From Kiritimatiellia bacterium (GTDB taxonomy: Bacteria > Verrucomicrobiota > Kiritimatiellia > CAIQIC01 > Lenti-01): DNA of 64,000 nt. Both the position numbers and the translations under genes were made by a program. This document shows positions 26,724 through 37,347 of the stretch, piece after piece; positions within the stretch are counted from its first letter, which is position 1; every line of letters begins with the position of its first letter. Under the pieces are notes generated by a model. It saw only the letters and a program-made list of their open reading frames with translations. It did not search any database and was not told the DNA's origin. Location of the stretch: the NCBI GenBank assembly GCA_017527155.1, contig JAFXQI010000027.1, positions 12,628-76,627 of the forward strand. The letters are read 5' to 3'.

Positions 26724-29700
26724 TTCTTCCTCCTGGCGCCGCTCTGGGCCAGATATCCGTCCCAGAAGACATGGGCGGCGGCCGCGAAACGCCCGAGATC
26801 GCCGTCGGTGAGGACGGCGGGGGACGCGGGCCAGAGTGCGATGTCGGCCGCTCGCGTGTCGGGCCGGCCGGGGGCCGGTGGTTCCGCGGTATTGTGCAGT
26901 CGGGGAAACCAGGCGCGGCGGAGAAGGCCCCGGACCTCTTCCGGCGAGGGGAGGGCGGCGGCCTTGGCGATCTGCATGGAAACGGAGGGATGGAACGGAA
27001 TCGCCCCCGGGAAGGGTTCGCAGAGCAGCGCGAGGATGCGGGCGAGGATGGCCGCGGCATCGGCGGGAGGGAGCGGAGGAAGGACTTGGGTGTTCTTCTT
27101 GTCGACGCTGAAAGCGCCGGTTCCGGTGCGGGGCGTTGCGCCGTTGACCGCGATGCTGGCGAGCCGGTAGCCGGCCGCATTGGCCGCCAGATGGCGCACC
27201 CAGTCGGCGGCCTGCCGGAAGGGCTTCTCGATGTGCTTCGTCAGGTTCGGCGCATACCATGCTTCGCCACCGTCCACGGTGTGCCGCCGTACCGCCGCCA
27301 GCCGGCCCGTGATGCGCACCCGGCGCGTGGTTCCGTCGTGCAACAGCACGGGAACGTCCAGATTGACGGGCACGCCGGCTTCCGCGTCGTCCGCGTCCTC
27401 GAGCATGTCGAGGATGAGGTCTTCGCCCGCCACCGGGACCGGACCCGGCGGCCCCTTGTAATCTTTCGCCAGAAGGGGCCGCTCGCAAAATGCCCGGCGG
27501 GTTGGGGTGTCCCACCCTTCCCGGATGGCCTGCGCGGCGGACGCCGGGTCCGGCGACAGCCCGTTCTCCGCGGCGATGCCGCCGCGGCGCTCCGCCTCGG
27601 CCTCGGACATGTCGCGGACGAGCGAGAGATGGACGTCGGAGGCCAGCGAGGGATCCGGTTCGATCGGGTCGTCGGAATCGACGAGGTCGTATCGCGGATC
27701 GGCCACGCCGGCCATCTGTTTCAGGACCGCCTTGGCGGGATCGGCAAACGCCTTCGCCAGCTCGTCCAGCGGAATTTCCGCGCGGTCTTCCGGCAGATAC
27801 GCGAACGCCCCCCCGGCGGCGGGCGCGTCGGCGGCCCCCTCCGCGATGGCGAGCGCGGCGGCGCGGTCGGCCGCGGAGTAGGCGGGAGGGAGGGCCGGGT
27901 CGGTGAAGCGGGCCGGGGAGAAGCCTTGCAGCGGATGGGTGAAGTCGAGGTAGGGCGTCTTGCTCCCCTCCACGGCGAAATGCCCCGCCAGGTAGTCCAT
28001 CAGCGCGCCCGCCAGCGGCGCCGGGGGGACCGCCGCCCCCGAGCGGACGTCGCGGCCGACATGGCTCAGTACCAGCGTTTCGCGCGCGCCGCACACGGCT
28101 TCCAGCAGCGCCAGCGCGTCGTCGTCGCGCGGCGAGGGGTCGGTCCGCTGCGGATGCCGCCCCATCAGGTCGAACGCCGGGCGCGGCTGGAAACGCGGGA
28201 ACCGCCCGTCGGCCAGCCCGCATACCCACGTCAGCCGGCGCGGCGACGGGATTCCCGCCCGCAGCGGCGCGAACAGTACCGCGTCCGGCGTGCGCCGCGG
28301 TCGCGCCCCGGCGGCCTTGGCCAGCTCCGCCACCGCGTCCGCCATCACCCGCCAGCCGTGGCGCGCCGGCTCCCCCGCCATCGCGTCCGCCTCCCGCATC
28401 CGCGCCGCCACCGTCGCCACCGCCTCGCGCAGGGCCGCGACGGACCGGTGGTTCGCGTCCGTCTCCACGAAGAATTCCGCCACCAGCCGCAGCAGCCGGT
28501 CCTGCCACCAATCGGCCGTTCCCGACGCGCCGCACAGCGCGTGCAGGCGTCCCAGCGCCGCGACGTAGCCGCACAGCCGGCCCAGCAGCGACGCGCGCCC
28601 CGCCTCCGCATCGCCCGCCGGCAGCAGTTCACCCAGCGCACCCGCCTCCACCCGGCCGCCGTCCCCCGCGTCCGGACCGCCCAGCGCCGACAGCAGCAGC
28701 CGGTCCAGGCCGCGGCGCCATGTGAAGGCGTAGGGGCCGGGCGGGGGATCCGGCGCCATCGCTTCCGCCGCGTGCGCGTCGTCCAGACCCCACCGGATGT
28801 TCGCCTGCCGCACGAAGTCACGGAGCGTCTGCAGCTCCTCCGCGGCGATCCCGAACGCCGACGCCACCGCCGGCTCCTCCAGCACGTCCAGCACCGCGTC
28901 CGCCTCCATGCGGCCCTCCGCCATCTCCAGCAGCGACAGGAACGATTCCGCGATCGGGTCGTCCGCCGCCCCGCGTCCCAGCAGCGTGCACGGCAGCGCC
29001 GCCTCCGCCTCCGCACCGGCCCCCGAGCCGAATACCGCCTCCGCATGCGGCGCGTACGTCTCCCAGTCCGCGCACAGCACCACCGCATCCCGCGGATGCG
29101 ACCCCGGATGCGCCGCGAACCACGCCAGCAGGCCGTCCCGCACGATCTCCATCTCGCGCCGCGGCGTGCTCGCGCGGTGTACCGCCACCGAGGCGTCCCC
29201 CGCCGGAAGCGGCTTTTCCCGCCCGTCCTCCGCTTTCCTCTCCAGCAACTGCCGCTGCAGGCGCGACAGCACCGTGTCCGCCGCCGCTTCCGGTTCCGGC
29301 AGGTCCTCGTGGCGGCCTTCCAGCCGATCCACCCACTCCGCCAGCAACCCCTGGCATCCCATCGCCAGCGTGCCCAGCAGCGGATGCGCCAGCTGCAGCG
29401 CCTCCTTCATGCCGCCGCCCCCCTCGCGGGCCTCCCGGAGCGCCTTCCGCCAGCGGGGGTCCTCCAGCCAGAACTCCCCGCACGGATTGAACGCGTACGC
29501 CGTCACCGGCAGCACCGCCGCCAGACGGTCGAAGAACGCCACGTACGGCCGCGGCATCGACGAGACCCCGAACACGAACACCGCCCGGTAGCGCGGAATC
29601 CCGTGCGCGAACGCCGCCGACAGGTCCGCCGGCGATCCCTCCAGCCCCTCCACCCGCGCGAACTGCTTCCAGAGCGGCTCCCCGCCCTGCGCCCGCAGAC

Positions 29701-30286
29701 TCCGCCACAGCGCCGCCTGCCAGCGCTCCGCCGCGTCCGGTTCCGCCCCGCCGCCGCGCCCCGACTCCCAGCGCGCCAGCATCTCCGGGCGGTGGACCTG
29801 GTAATCGCCGTAGAGCGAGGCCAGCTTCCCCGCCAGCGCCGAGCGCCGCGCCTCCCGCGCCGCCGCGCCGCCGCTCCCCGCCAGATAGCCCGCCAGCTCC
29901 GGGTACGCCCCCGCCAGCTCCCCCGACGCCTCCAGCGCCGCCAACCGCGCGTCGATGCGCCAGCGCAGCACCTCCATCGAATACGGATGCGACGACGGCC
30001 GCCGCTGCCGCGGATCCTTCCCCTCCAGCGCCGCGTACAGCCAGTCCCCCACGAACGGATGCAGCAGCCGGACGTCCATCCCGGCGAGGATCGCCCGTCC
30101 CCGCCCCGCCCGGTCGAACAGATGGTATTCCTTGAGCCACTCCCCGCGCATCGGATGCCCCACCACGACCGCGACCCGCGCCAGCGGATCCCCCTCCAGC
30201 CGCACCTCCGCATCCCGGTACAGCCGCTCCGCCAGGTCTTCCAGCCGTTGCGACAAGACCCATTCCATGCGCCCTTCCATTGCCAT
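26720..30286 (-). CDS. recC: Exodeoxyribonuclease V gamma subunit
   Basis: ~1,188 aa, immediately upstream of recB with a 4-bp overlap. It is RecC-like throughout (for example YQVHRPEMLARWESG). The exact start is uncertain: Met codons at 30286, 30280 or 30268. Confidence 0.8.
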   Translation of the reverse strand: MAMEGRMEWVLSQRLEDLAERLYRDAEVRLEGDPLARVAVVVGHPMRGEWLKEYHLFDRAGRGRAILAGMDVRLLHPFVGDWLYAALEGKDPRQRRPSSHPYSMEVLRWRIDARLAALEASGELAGAYPELAGYLAGSGGAAAREARRSALAGKLASLYGDYQVHRPEMLARWESGRGGGAEPDAAERWQAALWRSLRAQGGEPLWKQFARVEGLEGSPADLSAAFAHGIPRYRAVFVFGVSSMPRPYVAFFDRLAAVLPVTAYAFNPCGEFWLEDPRWRKALREAREGGGGMKEALQLAHPLLGTLAMGCQGLLAEWVDRLEGRHEDLPEPEAAADTVLSRLQRQLLERKAEDGREKPLPAGDASVAVHRASTPRREMEIVRDGLLAWFAAHPGSHPRDAVVLCADWETYAPHAEAVFGSGAGAEAEAALPCTLLGRGAADDPIAESFLSLLEMAEGRMEADAVLDVLEEPAVASAFGIAAEELQTLRDFVRQANIRWGLDDAHAAEAMAPDPPPGPYAFTWRRGLDRLLLSALGGPDAGDGGRVEAGALGELLPAGDAEAGRASLLGRLCGYVAALGRLHALCGASGTADWWQDRLLRLVAEFFVETDANHRSVAALREAVATVAARMREADAMAGEPARHGWRVMADAVAELAKAAGARPRRTPDAVLFAPLRAGIPSPRRLTWVCGLADGRFPRFQPRPAFDLMGRHPQRTDPSPRDDDALALLEAVCGARETLVLSHVGRDVRSGAAVPPAPLAGALMDYLAGHFAVEGSKTPYLDFTHPLQGFSPARFTDPALPPAYSAADRAAALAIAEGAADAPAAGGAFAYLPEDRAEIPLDELAKAFADPAKAVLKQMAGVADPRYDLVDSDDPIEPDPSLASDVHLSLVRDMSEAEAERRGGIAAENGLSPDPASAAQAIREGWDTPTRRAFCERPLLAKDYKGPPGPVPVAGEDLILDMLEDADDAEAGVPVNLDVPVLLHDGTTRRVRITGRLAAVRRHTVDGGEAWYAPNLTKHIEKPFRQAADWVRHLAANAAGYRLASIAVNGATPRTGTGAFSVDKKNTQVLPPLPPADAAAILARILALLCEPFPGAIPFHPSVSMQIAKAAALPSPEEVRGLLRRAWFPRLHNTAEPPAPGRPDTRAADIALWPASPAVLTDGDLGRFAAAAHVFWDGYLAQSGARRKK

Positions 30287-30550
30287 CGCCTCGCTCACCT
30301 TCCCGACCCTACCACGCCCCGCCCCCCCGCCGCAAGCCACCAGACGGGCCCGCCGGAAGGATTTGCGTTCATGGGCGGCTCACTGCACGGAAAGAAGGGG
30401 AAATCAAAGGGTTTTCCTTGATATCGCGTTTGGTTTGAACCGGAAGCCGGAGCTCAGCGGAAAACGGGAATGCCGGAAATTCCGTCCCATCCGGAACCTC
30501 CGGCCCATCCGGCCGGTGCCCCCCCTCCTCCTCCTCCCGCCCGTTCCCCT

Positions 30551-31645
30551 TCAACGGCACCGCCGCAGCATCAGCAGGCCGAGGGCGAGGAAGCAGAGGG
30601 CGGGGAGCCATCCGGCCAGGGCCGGGGAGATGATCTGGCGCTTGCCCCAGGTGAGGAAGACGCCCATCATCACGTAGTAGCCGAAGAAGATGAGGAGCGC
30701 CGAGAGGATGCCCACCCCCATCCCGCGGCGGCCGGTCTGCATCCCGAAAGGAATGCCCACCAGGATGACGATCAGGCACAGCCACGGCGCCGCCAGCCGG
30801 TAGTTCCAGTCCACCCACAGGCGCGCGCGCGTCGCCTCGGAGATGTCCGGATGCCCCTGGATGAAGGCCCGGATGTCGGAGGCGGAGCTCTCGTTGTTCT
30901 CGATGTCCTTGGTCTCGTTGAGGAAGTCGTCCGGCGTCTCGGTCAGCATCGTCATGTCCATGGCGGGGCGCTTCTCGGCGGCGCCGACGGGGTCGTTGAG
31001 CGCGGTGTAGCGGTGGATGTCGAGCCGCTCGAACCACCAGTGGCCGTTGATCCAGCGGGCGCGGTCGGCGTCGATGCGGTACTCGTCCGAGCCGTCCGGC
31101 CGCTGCTGCGTGAGGCTCACGCCGCGCATCTCGTGGGCGTTCTCCGGGCGGATGTCGAAGGTGTTGATGCGCCAGACCCGGCGGGCGGCGGTGTTCTTGT
31201 AGGCGACGGGGACGAGGCACGCCTTCTCGCCGTCATCCTGGCGGTTGCGGAACTGGCGGGCCCAGCGGGCGGCGCGCGGGTTGAAGCGTTCGTTGACGGC
31301 GAGCAGGACGAGGGAGCAGCCCAGGCCGAGCGCGAGGTAGGGGCGGGCGAGCTGCCAGAGGCTCAGGCCGCAGGCGCGCATGGCGGTGATTTCGGAGTTC
31401 TTGCCGAGCTTCCACAGCGCGTAGAGCAGCGCCAGCAGCAGGGAGACCGGCAGCATGAAGGGGAGGTACGTCGGGACGAACGCGGCGTAGTAGAGCAGGA
31501 CGGACCCGATGGGCGTCCCGGCCTCCATGAACGACACGAAGTGGTCGAACAGGTCCACCAGCACGGCAATGGCACTGAACCCGAAGAGGATGTACAGCCA
31601 AGGCCGTACCAGGTTGGCGAGCAGGTAGCGGGGGATCAGCTTCAT
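30551..31645 (-). CDS. LptF/LptG family lipopolysaccharide export permease
   Basis: MKLIPRYLLANLVRPWLYILFGFSAIAVLVDLFD... 6 TM helices plus a periplasmic beta-jellyroll, the YjgP/YjgQ architecture. Confidence 0.8.
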   Translation of the reverse strand: MKLIPRYLLANLVRPWLYILFGFSAIAVLVDLFDHFVSFMEAGTPIGSVLLYYAAFVPTYLPFMLPVSLLLALLYALWKLGKNSEITAMRACGLSLWQLARPYLALGLGCSLVLLAVNERFNPRAARWARQFRNRQDDGEKACLVPVAYKNTAARRVWRINTFDIRPENAHEMRGVSLTQQRPDGSDEYRIDADRARWINGHWWFERLDIHRYTALNDPVGAAEKRPAMDMTMLTETPDDFLNETKDIENNESSASDIRAFIQGHPDISEATRARLWVDWNYRLAAPWLCLIVILVGIPFGMQTGRRGMGVGILSALLIFFGYYVMMGVFLTWGKRQIISPALAGWLPALCFLALGLLMLRRCR

Positions 31646-31697
31646 GAAGCCGGAACGGGCGCGCCGGCGGGAGTGTCCCCGCGCGGCCCCGACGGAA

Positions 31698-31961
31698 TCA
31701 CTGCGCGAACTTCTTGAGCTTCAGGTTCTCGACGTCGTACTGCGTCGGGTCGAGCCAGACGAAGCCGGTCTGGCCGCATTTTTCGCACGTCGGCCGGTCC
31801 TCGTCGCGGTTCTCGCAGCGCGGGCAGAGGTACTTCTCCAGCCGGCTCGTGTGCTGGCCGATGGGGCGCTTGCCCAGGACGCCGCCCTTCTCCAGCAGGA
31901 GGATGGTGGCGATGATGACGACGGCAAGGGCGATGAATCCGAGTGTCTTTTTCGTGTTCAT
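31698..31961 (-). CDS. Small membrane-anchored zinc-ribbon protein (CxxC...CxxC)
   Basis: MNTKKTLGFIALAVVIIATILLLEKGG...CPRCENRDEDRPTCEKCGQTGFVW. The upstream 75 codons of the listed ORF look non-coding. Confidence 0.45.
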   Translation of the reverse strand: MNTKKTLGFIALAVVIIATILLLEKGGVLGKRPIGQHTSRLEKYLCPRCENRDEDRPTCEKCGQTGFVWLDPTQYDVENLKLKKFAQ

Positions 31962-32164
31962 GAAGTTGATTCCAAAGGGTTCACCCAACTGATATCGGTT
32001 CGCCGCCGGAAAGTCAATGCGGCATTTCGGCCTCGGCGGACGCCGCGCCGCCATCCCGCGGCACGGAGCGGAGGACGGAAGCCGCGACGGCGGAAAAGGG
32101 GGAGGGGATTCATGGGGGAATGAATGACGGAAAACGGCTGGAAATCCAATGTTTTTCCGTAATC

Positions 32165-32232
32165 TCACGTCTGGCAGGGCGTGCACTCCGTGCGAGCCGA
32201 ACAGGGCCGGAGCGGCTCGCTCGGAGAGCTCG
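32165..32232. repeat. Solitary copy of the imperfect-palindrome hairpin element (GCGTGCACTCCGTGCGAGCCG...CGGCTCGCTCGGAGAGCTCGCC), 12 bp after a TTTTCCGTAATCTCA motif
   Basis: Same family as the units of the 3-4 kb tandem array and the 47.4/49.3 kb copies (reverse orientation). Confidence 0.7.
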
Positions 32233-32301
32233 CCCCACCCGACAACGGAAACGCCCGCCGGGAAACCGGCGGGCGGGTTGCGCGTTGGGTTGTTGCGCGG
32301 C

Positions 32302-35049
32302 TTACTTGCCGAGGGCGGCCTGGGCGGCGGCGAGGCGCGCGATCGGCACGCGGTACGGCGAGCAGCTGACGTAGTTCAGGCCCACCTTGCAGCAGAACTT
32401 GACGGAAGCGGGATCGCCGCCGTGTTCGCCGCAGATGCCGCACTTGAGGTTCGGGCGCGTGGCGCGGCCCTTCTTGACCGCCATCTCCACCAGCTGGCCG
32501 ACGCCCACCGTGTCCAGCGACTGCGTCGGGTCGAACGGCAGGATCTTCTTCGCCAGGTAGTCCGGCAGGAAGCTCCCGGCGTCGTCGCGGCTGTAGCCGA
32601 ACGTCATCTGGGTCAGGTCGTTGGTGCCGAACGAGAAGAATTCGGCCGTCTCGGCGATCGCGTCCGCCGTCAGCGCGGCGCGCGGGATCTCGATCATGGT
32701 GCCGATCTTGTAGGCGACGGTGGTCTTCTTGGCCTTGAAGACTTCGTCGGCGACGCGGCGGACGATCTCGGCGCAGTAGTCGAGTTCGGTCTTGGCGCCC
32801 ACGAGCGGGATCATGATCTCGGGCTCGACCTTGATCTTCTTCTTGGCGACGTTGCACGCGGCCTCGAGGATCGCGCGGGCCTGCATCTCGCAGAGCTCGG
32901 GGTAGGTGATCGCCAGGCGGCAGCCGCGGTGCCCGAGCATGGGGTTGGCTTCGTGGATCTGCTTGACGCGCGCGGCGACGGCTTCGACGGGGATGCCGAG
33001 GCGCTTGGCCATCTCGGCCTGCGTGGCGGCGTCCTGCGGGGCGAACTCGTGCAGCGGCGGGTCGATGAGGCGGATCGTGACGCCGTAGCCGTCCATGGCC
33101 TTGAAGATGCCTTCGAAGTCGGCCCGCTGGAGCGGGAGGAGCTTCTTGAGGGCGGCTTGGCGCGCGGCGAGGTCCTTGGCGAGGATGAATTCGCGGATGG
33201 ACCAGATGCGGTCGCCTTCGAAGAACATGTGCTCGGTCCGGCACAGGCCCACGCCCTTGGCGCCGAACGCGCGGGCGGCGAGGGCGTCCTTGGGGGAGTC
33301 GGCGTTGGTGCGCACGTAGATCTTCATGTACTTGTCGGACCAGTCGCTGATCTGCTTGTACATCTTGTAGATGGGGTGCCCGAGCGCGGCCTTCTTGCCG
33401 TTGACGACGCCGTTGACGACCGGGGAGGCCTCGGTGGGGATCTGCCCGAGGTACACGGTGCCGGTGGAGCCGTTGAGGCTGATCCAGTCGCCGGCCTTCA
33501 GGACGGTGGAGCCGACGGTGAGGGTCTTCTTGGCGTAGTCGATGACCATCTCGCTGGCGCCGGTGATGCAGCACTTGCCCCAGCCGCGCGCGACGACGGC
33601 CGCGTGGGAGGTCATGCCGCCGGTGGTGGTCAGGATGCCCTGCGCGGCCCACATGCCGCCGACGTCCTCGGGGGAGGTTTCGTGGCGGACGACGATGAGC
33701 TTGGCGTCCTTGTTTTCCTTGATGATCTTCTCGGCCTCGCCGGCGTCGAAGACGATCTGCCCGACGCCCGCGCCGGGGCCGGCGGGGAGGCCCTTGGTGA
33801 GGACCTTGGCCTTCTTCTCGGCCGCGATGTCGAAGATCGGGAACAGCAGCTGGTTGAGGTCGTCGCCGGTGACGGTGCAGAGGGCTTCCTCGGGCTTGAG
33901 GAGCTTCTTCTGGGCCTTGCCGGTGTAGACGTCCTTGCCGGTGGCCATCTCGACGGCCCAGCGGATGCCCGCGATGCCGGTGCGCTTGGCGTTGCGGGTC
34001 TGGAGCATGTAGAGCTTGCCTTCCTGGACGGTGAACTCGACGTCCTGCGGATACTTGTAGTGGGCCTCGAGCTGCTTCATGATCTTGATGAGCTGCTTGT
34101 GGGCGGCGGCCCAGATCTTGTTCTTCTCGTTGGGCATCTCGTCGATGTGCTTGGGCGTGCGGATGCCGGCCACGACGTCCTCGCCCTGGGCGTTGATGAG
34201 GTACTCGCCCATGGGGGTTTCGTCGCCGGTGGAGCCGTTGCGGGTGAAGGCGACGCCGGTGCCGGAGGTTTCGCCCATGTTGCCGAAGACCATCGTGCAG
34301 ACGTTCACGGCGGTGCCGAGCAGGCCGGTGATCTTGTTGATCTGGCGGTACTTCTGCGCGCGGTCGCTGTCCCAGGAACCGAACACCGCGTTGATGGCGG
34401 CGAGCAGCTGGTCCTTCGGGTCCTGCGGGAAGGGTTTCTTGACCTTCTGGAGGTAGACCTTCTTGTAGATTTCGCAGAGTTCCTTGAGCTGCTCGGCGGT
34501 GAGGTCGGTGTCCTGCTTCGCGCCGTACTTCTTCTTGAGGGCGGTCATCGCGACTTCGAAATCCTCGTGCGTGATGCCGGTGGTCGGGCCCATGACCACG
34601 TCGCCGAACATGTCGATGAAGCGGCGGTAGCAGTCCCAGCCGGTGCGTTCGTTGCCGGTGGACTCGATGAAGCCGAGGACGGACTTGTCGTTGAGGCCGA
34701 GGTTCAGGACGGTGTCCAACATGCCGGGCATGGAGATGGCGGCGCCGGAGCGTACGGAGACGAGGAGGGGATTCTTGGCGTCGCCGAGCTTCTTGCCCAT
34801 GCGGGATTCGAGGAGCTTGAGCTGCTTCCAGACCTGGTCGAGCATGCCGACGGGGTACTGGCCGTTCTTGGAGTAGTAGGCGCAGGCCTCGGTGGAGATG
34901 GTGAAGCCGGGGGGCACGGGCAGGTCGGCCTTGGCCATTTCGGCGAGGTTGGCGCCCTTGCCGCCGAGGATGGCCTTCATGGAGGCGTCGCCTTCGGTGT
35001 TGGCCTTGCCGCAGCCGTAGAAGTACACGTATTGTTTCTTGGTAGCCAT
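32302..35049 (-). CDS. ppdK: Pyruvate, phosphate dikinase
   Basis: MATKKQYVYFYGCGKANTEGDASMKAILGGKGANLAEM, catalytic His region GGMTSHAAVVARGWGKCCITG, C-terminal PEP-utilising domain. Confidence 0.9.
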   Translation of the reverse strand: MATKKQYVYFYGCGKANTEGDASMKAILGGKGANLAEMAKADLPVPPGFTISTEACAYYSKNGQYPVGMLDQVWKQLKLLESRMGKKLGDAKNPLLVSVRSGAAISMPGMLDTVLNLGLNDKSVLGFIESTGNERTGWDCYRRFIDMFGDVVMGPTTGITHEDFEVAMTALKKKYGAKQDTDLTAEQLKELCEIYKKVYLQKVKKPFPQDPKDQLLAAINAVFGSWDSDRAQKYRQINKITGLLGTAVNVCTMVFGNMGETSGTGVAFTRNGSTGDETPMGEYLINAQGEDVVAGIRTPKHIDEMPNEKNKIWAAAHKQLIKIMKQLEAHYKYPQDVEFTVQEGKLYMLQTRNAKRTGIAGIRWAVEMATGKDVYTGKAQKKLLKPEEALCTVTGDDLNQLLFPIFDIAAEKKAKVLTKGLPAGPGAGVGQIVFDAGEAEKIIKENKDAKLIVVRHETSPEDVGGMWAAQGILTTTGGMTSHAAVVARGWGKCCITGASEMVIDYAKKTLTVGSTVLKAGDWISLNGSTGTVYLGQIPTEASPVVNGVVNGKKAALGHPIYKMYKQISDWSDKYMKIYVRTNADSPKDALAARAFGAKGVGLCRTEHMFFEGDRIWSIREFILAKDLAARQAALKKLLPLQRADFEGIFKAMDGYGVTIRLIDPPLHEFAPQDAATQAEMAKRLGIPVEAVAARVKQIHEANPMLGHRGCRLAITYPELCEMQARAILEAACNVAKKKIKVEPEIMIPLVGAKTELDYCAEIVRRVADEVFKAKKTTVAYKIGTMIEIPRAALTADAIAETAEFFSFGTNDLTQMTFGYSRDDAGSFLPDYLAKKILPFDPTQSLDTVGVGQLVEMAVKKGRATRPNLKCGICGEHGGDPASVKFCCKVGLNYVSCSPYRVPIARLAAAQAALGK

Positions 35050-35235
35050 GTTGGTTTTGTTCTCCGTTGATGCCCTTCCGGGCGTTGCTTTTTTAAATCG
35101 GTATGGCGGTTTTCCCCCGCGCGCGCGGGCGCAGGAAAATTGCATCCATCATCATCCCTTCGGGCCGGATTGTCAAGGACAACGGCGCCGCGCGGACGTT
35201 TTCCAACCATTAGGCCGGAAAACGTCCTGCCGCGG

Positions 35236-36048
35236 TCAGGCGGCGGCGGGGCGGGGGCCCTTCTCGCGGAGGACGGCGCGGTAGAAGGCCCCCATGGTGA
35301 TCGACTGGTAGGGGATCAGCCAGAAGAGGAGGAGGCCGAACGTCAGGATGGCCAGCAGCCACCAGCCGATGAAGCTCAGGCCCAGGCCGAACGCCCGCCA
35401 CTTGTTGCCGTCCATCAGGCGGCGGCTTTCGTCGATCGCTTCCATCACCGCCATCTGCGGGTTCTCGATCACGAGGTACGGCGCAAGCATGTAGGAAAAG
35501 GCCTTGATGATGCCCGGGATGACCAGCAGCAGCGACCACAGGAAGGTGAACAACCCCATCATGAAAAGGCACCCGAAGGCGCGCCCGAACTGGTTGAAGC
35601 CGATGAACGCGTCGCCGACCGACAGCTGCCGGTGGTCGGCCGCCCGCAGGGCCATGTTCGCGAACCCGTAATTCTGGAGGCACGTGAACGCGATCGCGGC
35701 CACGATGCCGAGGAAGGGGATCAGGTTCACGCATCCCGACAGGATGGCCCACAGGATCCACCCGCCGAGGAAGGTCCAGTAGTTGCCCTTGGGACCGGTC
35801 CGGGCGCAGGTCTTGAGTTCGGCGAAGGTGGCGCGGGCGCCGGCCGGCACGAACACCTCGGGGACGGGCGGCGGCTGGCCCCCGGCGGCGTACGACGGGG
35901 CGGCGGCGGACAGCGGCTGCCACTCGGACATGCCGTCGTGCCAGACGAGCGTGTCGGGACGGATGGTCCCGTCGGCGATCTTCGCGCGGAAAACTTCCTC
36001 GGATACCGGCCCCTGGGCCGCGTTGTCTTGCTGGTAATACCATTCCAT
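35236..36048 (-). CDS. Membrane protein with an N-terminal DUF4339 (GYF-like) domain
   Basis: MEWYYQQDNAAQGPVSEEVFRAKIADGTIRPDTLVWHDGMSEWQPL followed by 4-5 TM helices. Confidence 0.6.
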   Translation of the reverse strand: MEWYYQQDNAAQGPVSEEVFRAKIADGTIRPDTLVWHDGMSEWQPLSAAAPSYAAGGQPPPVPEVFVPAGARATFAELKTCARTGPKGNYWTFLGGWILWAILSGCVNLIPFLGIVAAIAFTCLQNYGFANMALRAADHRQLSVGDAFIGFNQFGRAFGCLFMMGLFTFLWSLLLVIPGIIKAFSYMLAPYLVIENPQMAVMEAIDESRRLMDGNKWRAFGLGLSFIGWWLLAILTFGLLLFWLIPYQSITMGAFYRAVLREKGPRPAAA

Positions 36049-36252
36049 GGCGTTCCTCCTGGTCGCCCCGCATCAAAACAATCCCTTCCCCGGAATGCAA
36101 GCGCGTTTTCGCTCCGCCCCCCGGCACGGCCCAAGGAAGGTCCGGAGGCGGGACGGGCGGGACGGAAGTTCCGACGGCAATCGATTGCACTCGAAAAAAG
36201 GAAAGGCGCGGCCGCAAAGGCCGCGCCCCGGGGGAAGAACCCCGCCGCGCGC

Positions 36253-37347
36253 TCAGCTCAGGCGGATGGGCATGAGGACGTAGACGAAGCTGACGGTGGA
36301 GCGGATGACGCCGGGGGAGGTGTCGTCGATGAGGTCGAGGTAGACTTCGTCGGTCGTCAGGTTCTTCAAGGGGTCCATCAGGAAGGCCGGGTTGAAGGAG
36401 ATGGTGACGTCCTTGCCGGAGTACTTGACGGCCATGCGTTCGCGGGCTTCGCCGATGTCGGGGGCCGTGGCGAGGATTTCGAGCTGGTCGGCGCCGAAGG
36501 TGAGCTTGACGCCGCTCACCGCGTCGCTGACGAGCTGGGAGGTGCGCCGGATCGCCGTCAGGAAGCTGTCGCGGTCGAGGGTGACGCGCTCGCCGCTGGC
36601 CTGGGGGACGACCTGGCGGAAGTTGGGATAGACGCCTTCGACGAGTTTGCTGGTGACGAGGATGCTGCCGTATTCGAAGGCCGCCAGCTTGGGCGTGGCG
36701 GAGATGCGGATTTCGCCTTCGCTGCCCAGGGTGCGGAGGAGTTCGTCGACGGTCTTGAGCGGGACGATGAGGTCGGCTTCGTCGCTCTCGGGGATGGCGA
36801 GTTCCTGCTCGACGAGGGCCAGGCGGCGGCTGTCGGTGGCGACGGCGCTCAGCCGTCCGCCCTTGAAGCTCAGCAGGACGCCGTTGAGCAGGGTGCGGTT
36901 GGCGTCGGTGCTGGCGGCGTAGCTGGTCAGGCGGAGCATGTTCTTGAAGACGCCCTGGTCGAGGGTGAAGGTCTTGGCGCCGTCGAGGGCGACCTGCGCG
37001 GGGTAGTCCTCGGCCCCGAGGCCGTTGATCTTGAAGTCGCTGCTGCCGGAGTGGATGGAGGCGACGTTCTCGGGGCTGATGTCGAGTTCGGCGGTGTCGA
37101 CGGGCAGTTCGCGCACGACGCCGAAGATGCGCTTGGGCGGCAGGGTGGTGGTGCCGGGTTCGGCGACTTCGGCCTCGATGGCGGTCTTGACGGTGAGGCT
37201 GGTGTCGGTGCCGGTCAGTTCGAGGTGGCCGTCCGCCGCGCGGAAGAGTACGTTGGACAGCACGGGCAGGGGGTTGCGGGTGTTGATCACCGACTGGACC
37301 TGCTGCAGGGCCGTGATGAAGGCGTCCTTGTTGACTTTGATTTTCAT
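36253..37347 (-). CDS. dnaN: DNA polymerase III beta sliding clamp
   Basis: [21 protein letters not shown]... 364 aa with three-domain clamp similarity. It lies directly downstream of dnaA. Confidence 0.9.
   Translation of the reverse strand: MKIKVNKDAFITALQQVQSVINTRNPLPVLSNVLFRAADGHLELTGTDTSLTVKTAIEAEVAEPGTTTLPPKRIFGVVRELPVDTAELDISPENVASIHSGSSDFKINGLGAEDYPAQVALDGAKTFTLDQGVFKNMLRLTSYAASTDANRTLLNGVLLSFKGGRLSAVATDSRRLALVEQELAIPESDEADLIVPLKTVDELLRTLGSEGEIRISATPKLAAFEYGSILVTSKLVEGVYPNFRQVVPQASGERVTLDRDSFLTAIRRTSQLVSDAVSGVKLTFGADQLEILATAPDIGEARERMAVKYSGKDVTISFNPAFLMDPLKNLTTDEVYLDLIDDTSPGVIRSTVSFVYVLMPIRLS

Noticed and set aside
23281-27180. 1,299-aa minus-strand ORF in an alternative frame over recB/recD
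   Set aside because: Arg/Pro-rich nonsense. The recB frame 23334..26723 has every UvrD and nuclease motif.
26771-30421. 1,216-aa + strand ORF antisense to recC
   Set aside because: Arg/Pro/Gly-rich shadow. recC on the minus strand is coherent.
32149-35070. 973-aa + strand ORF antisense to ppdK
   Set aside because: Low-complexity G/A/D/V-rich shadow. It starts inside a repeat motif (MFFRNL). PPDK on the minus strand is unmistakable.
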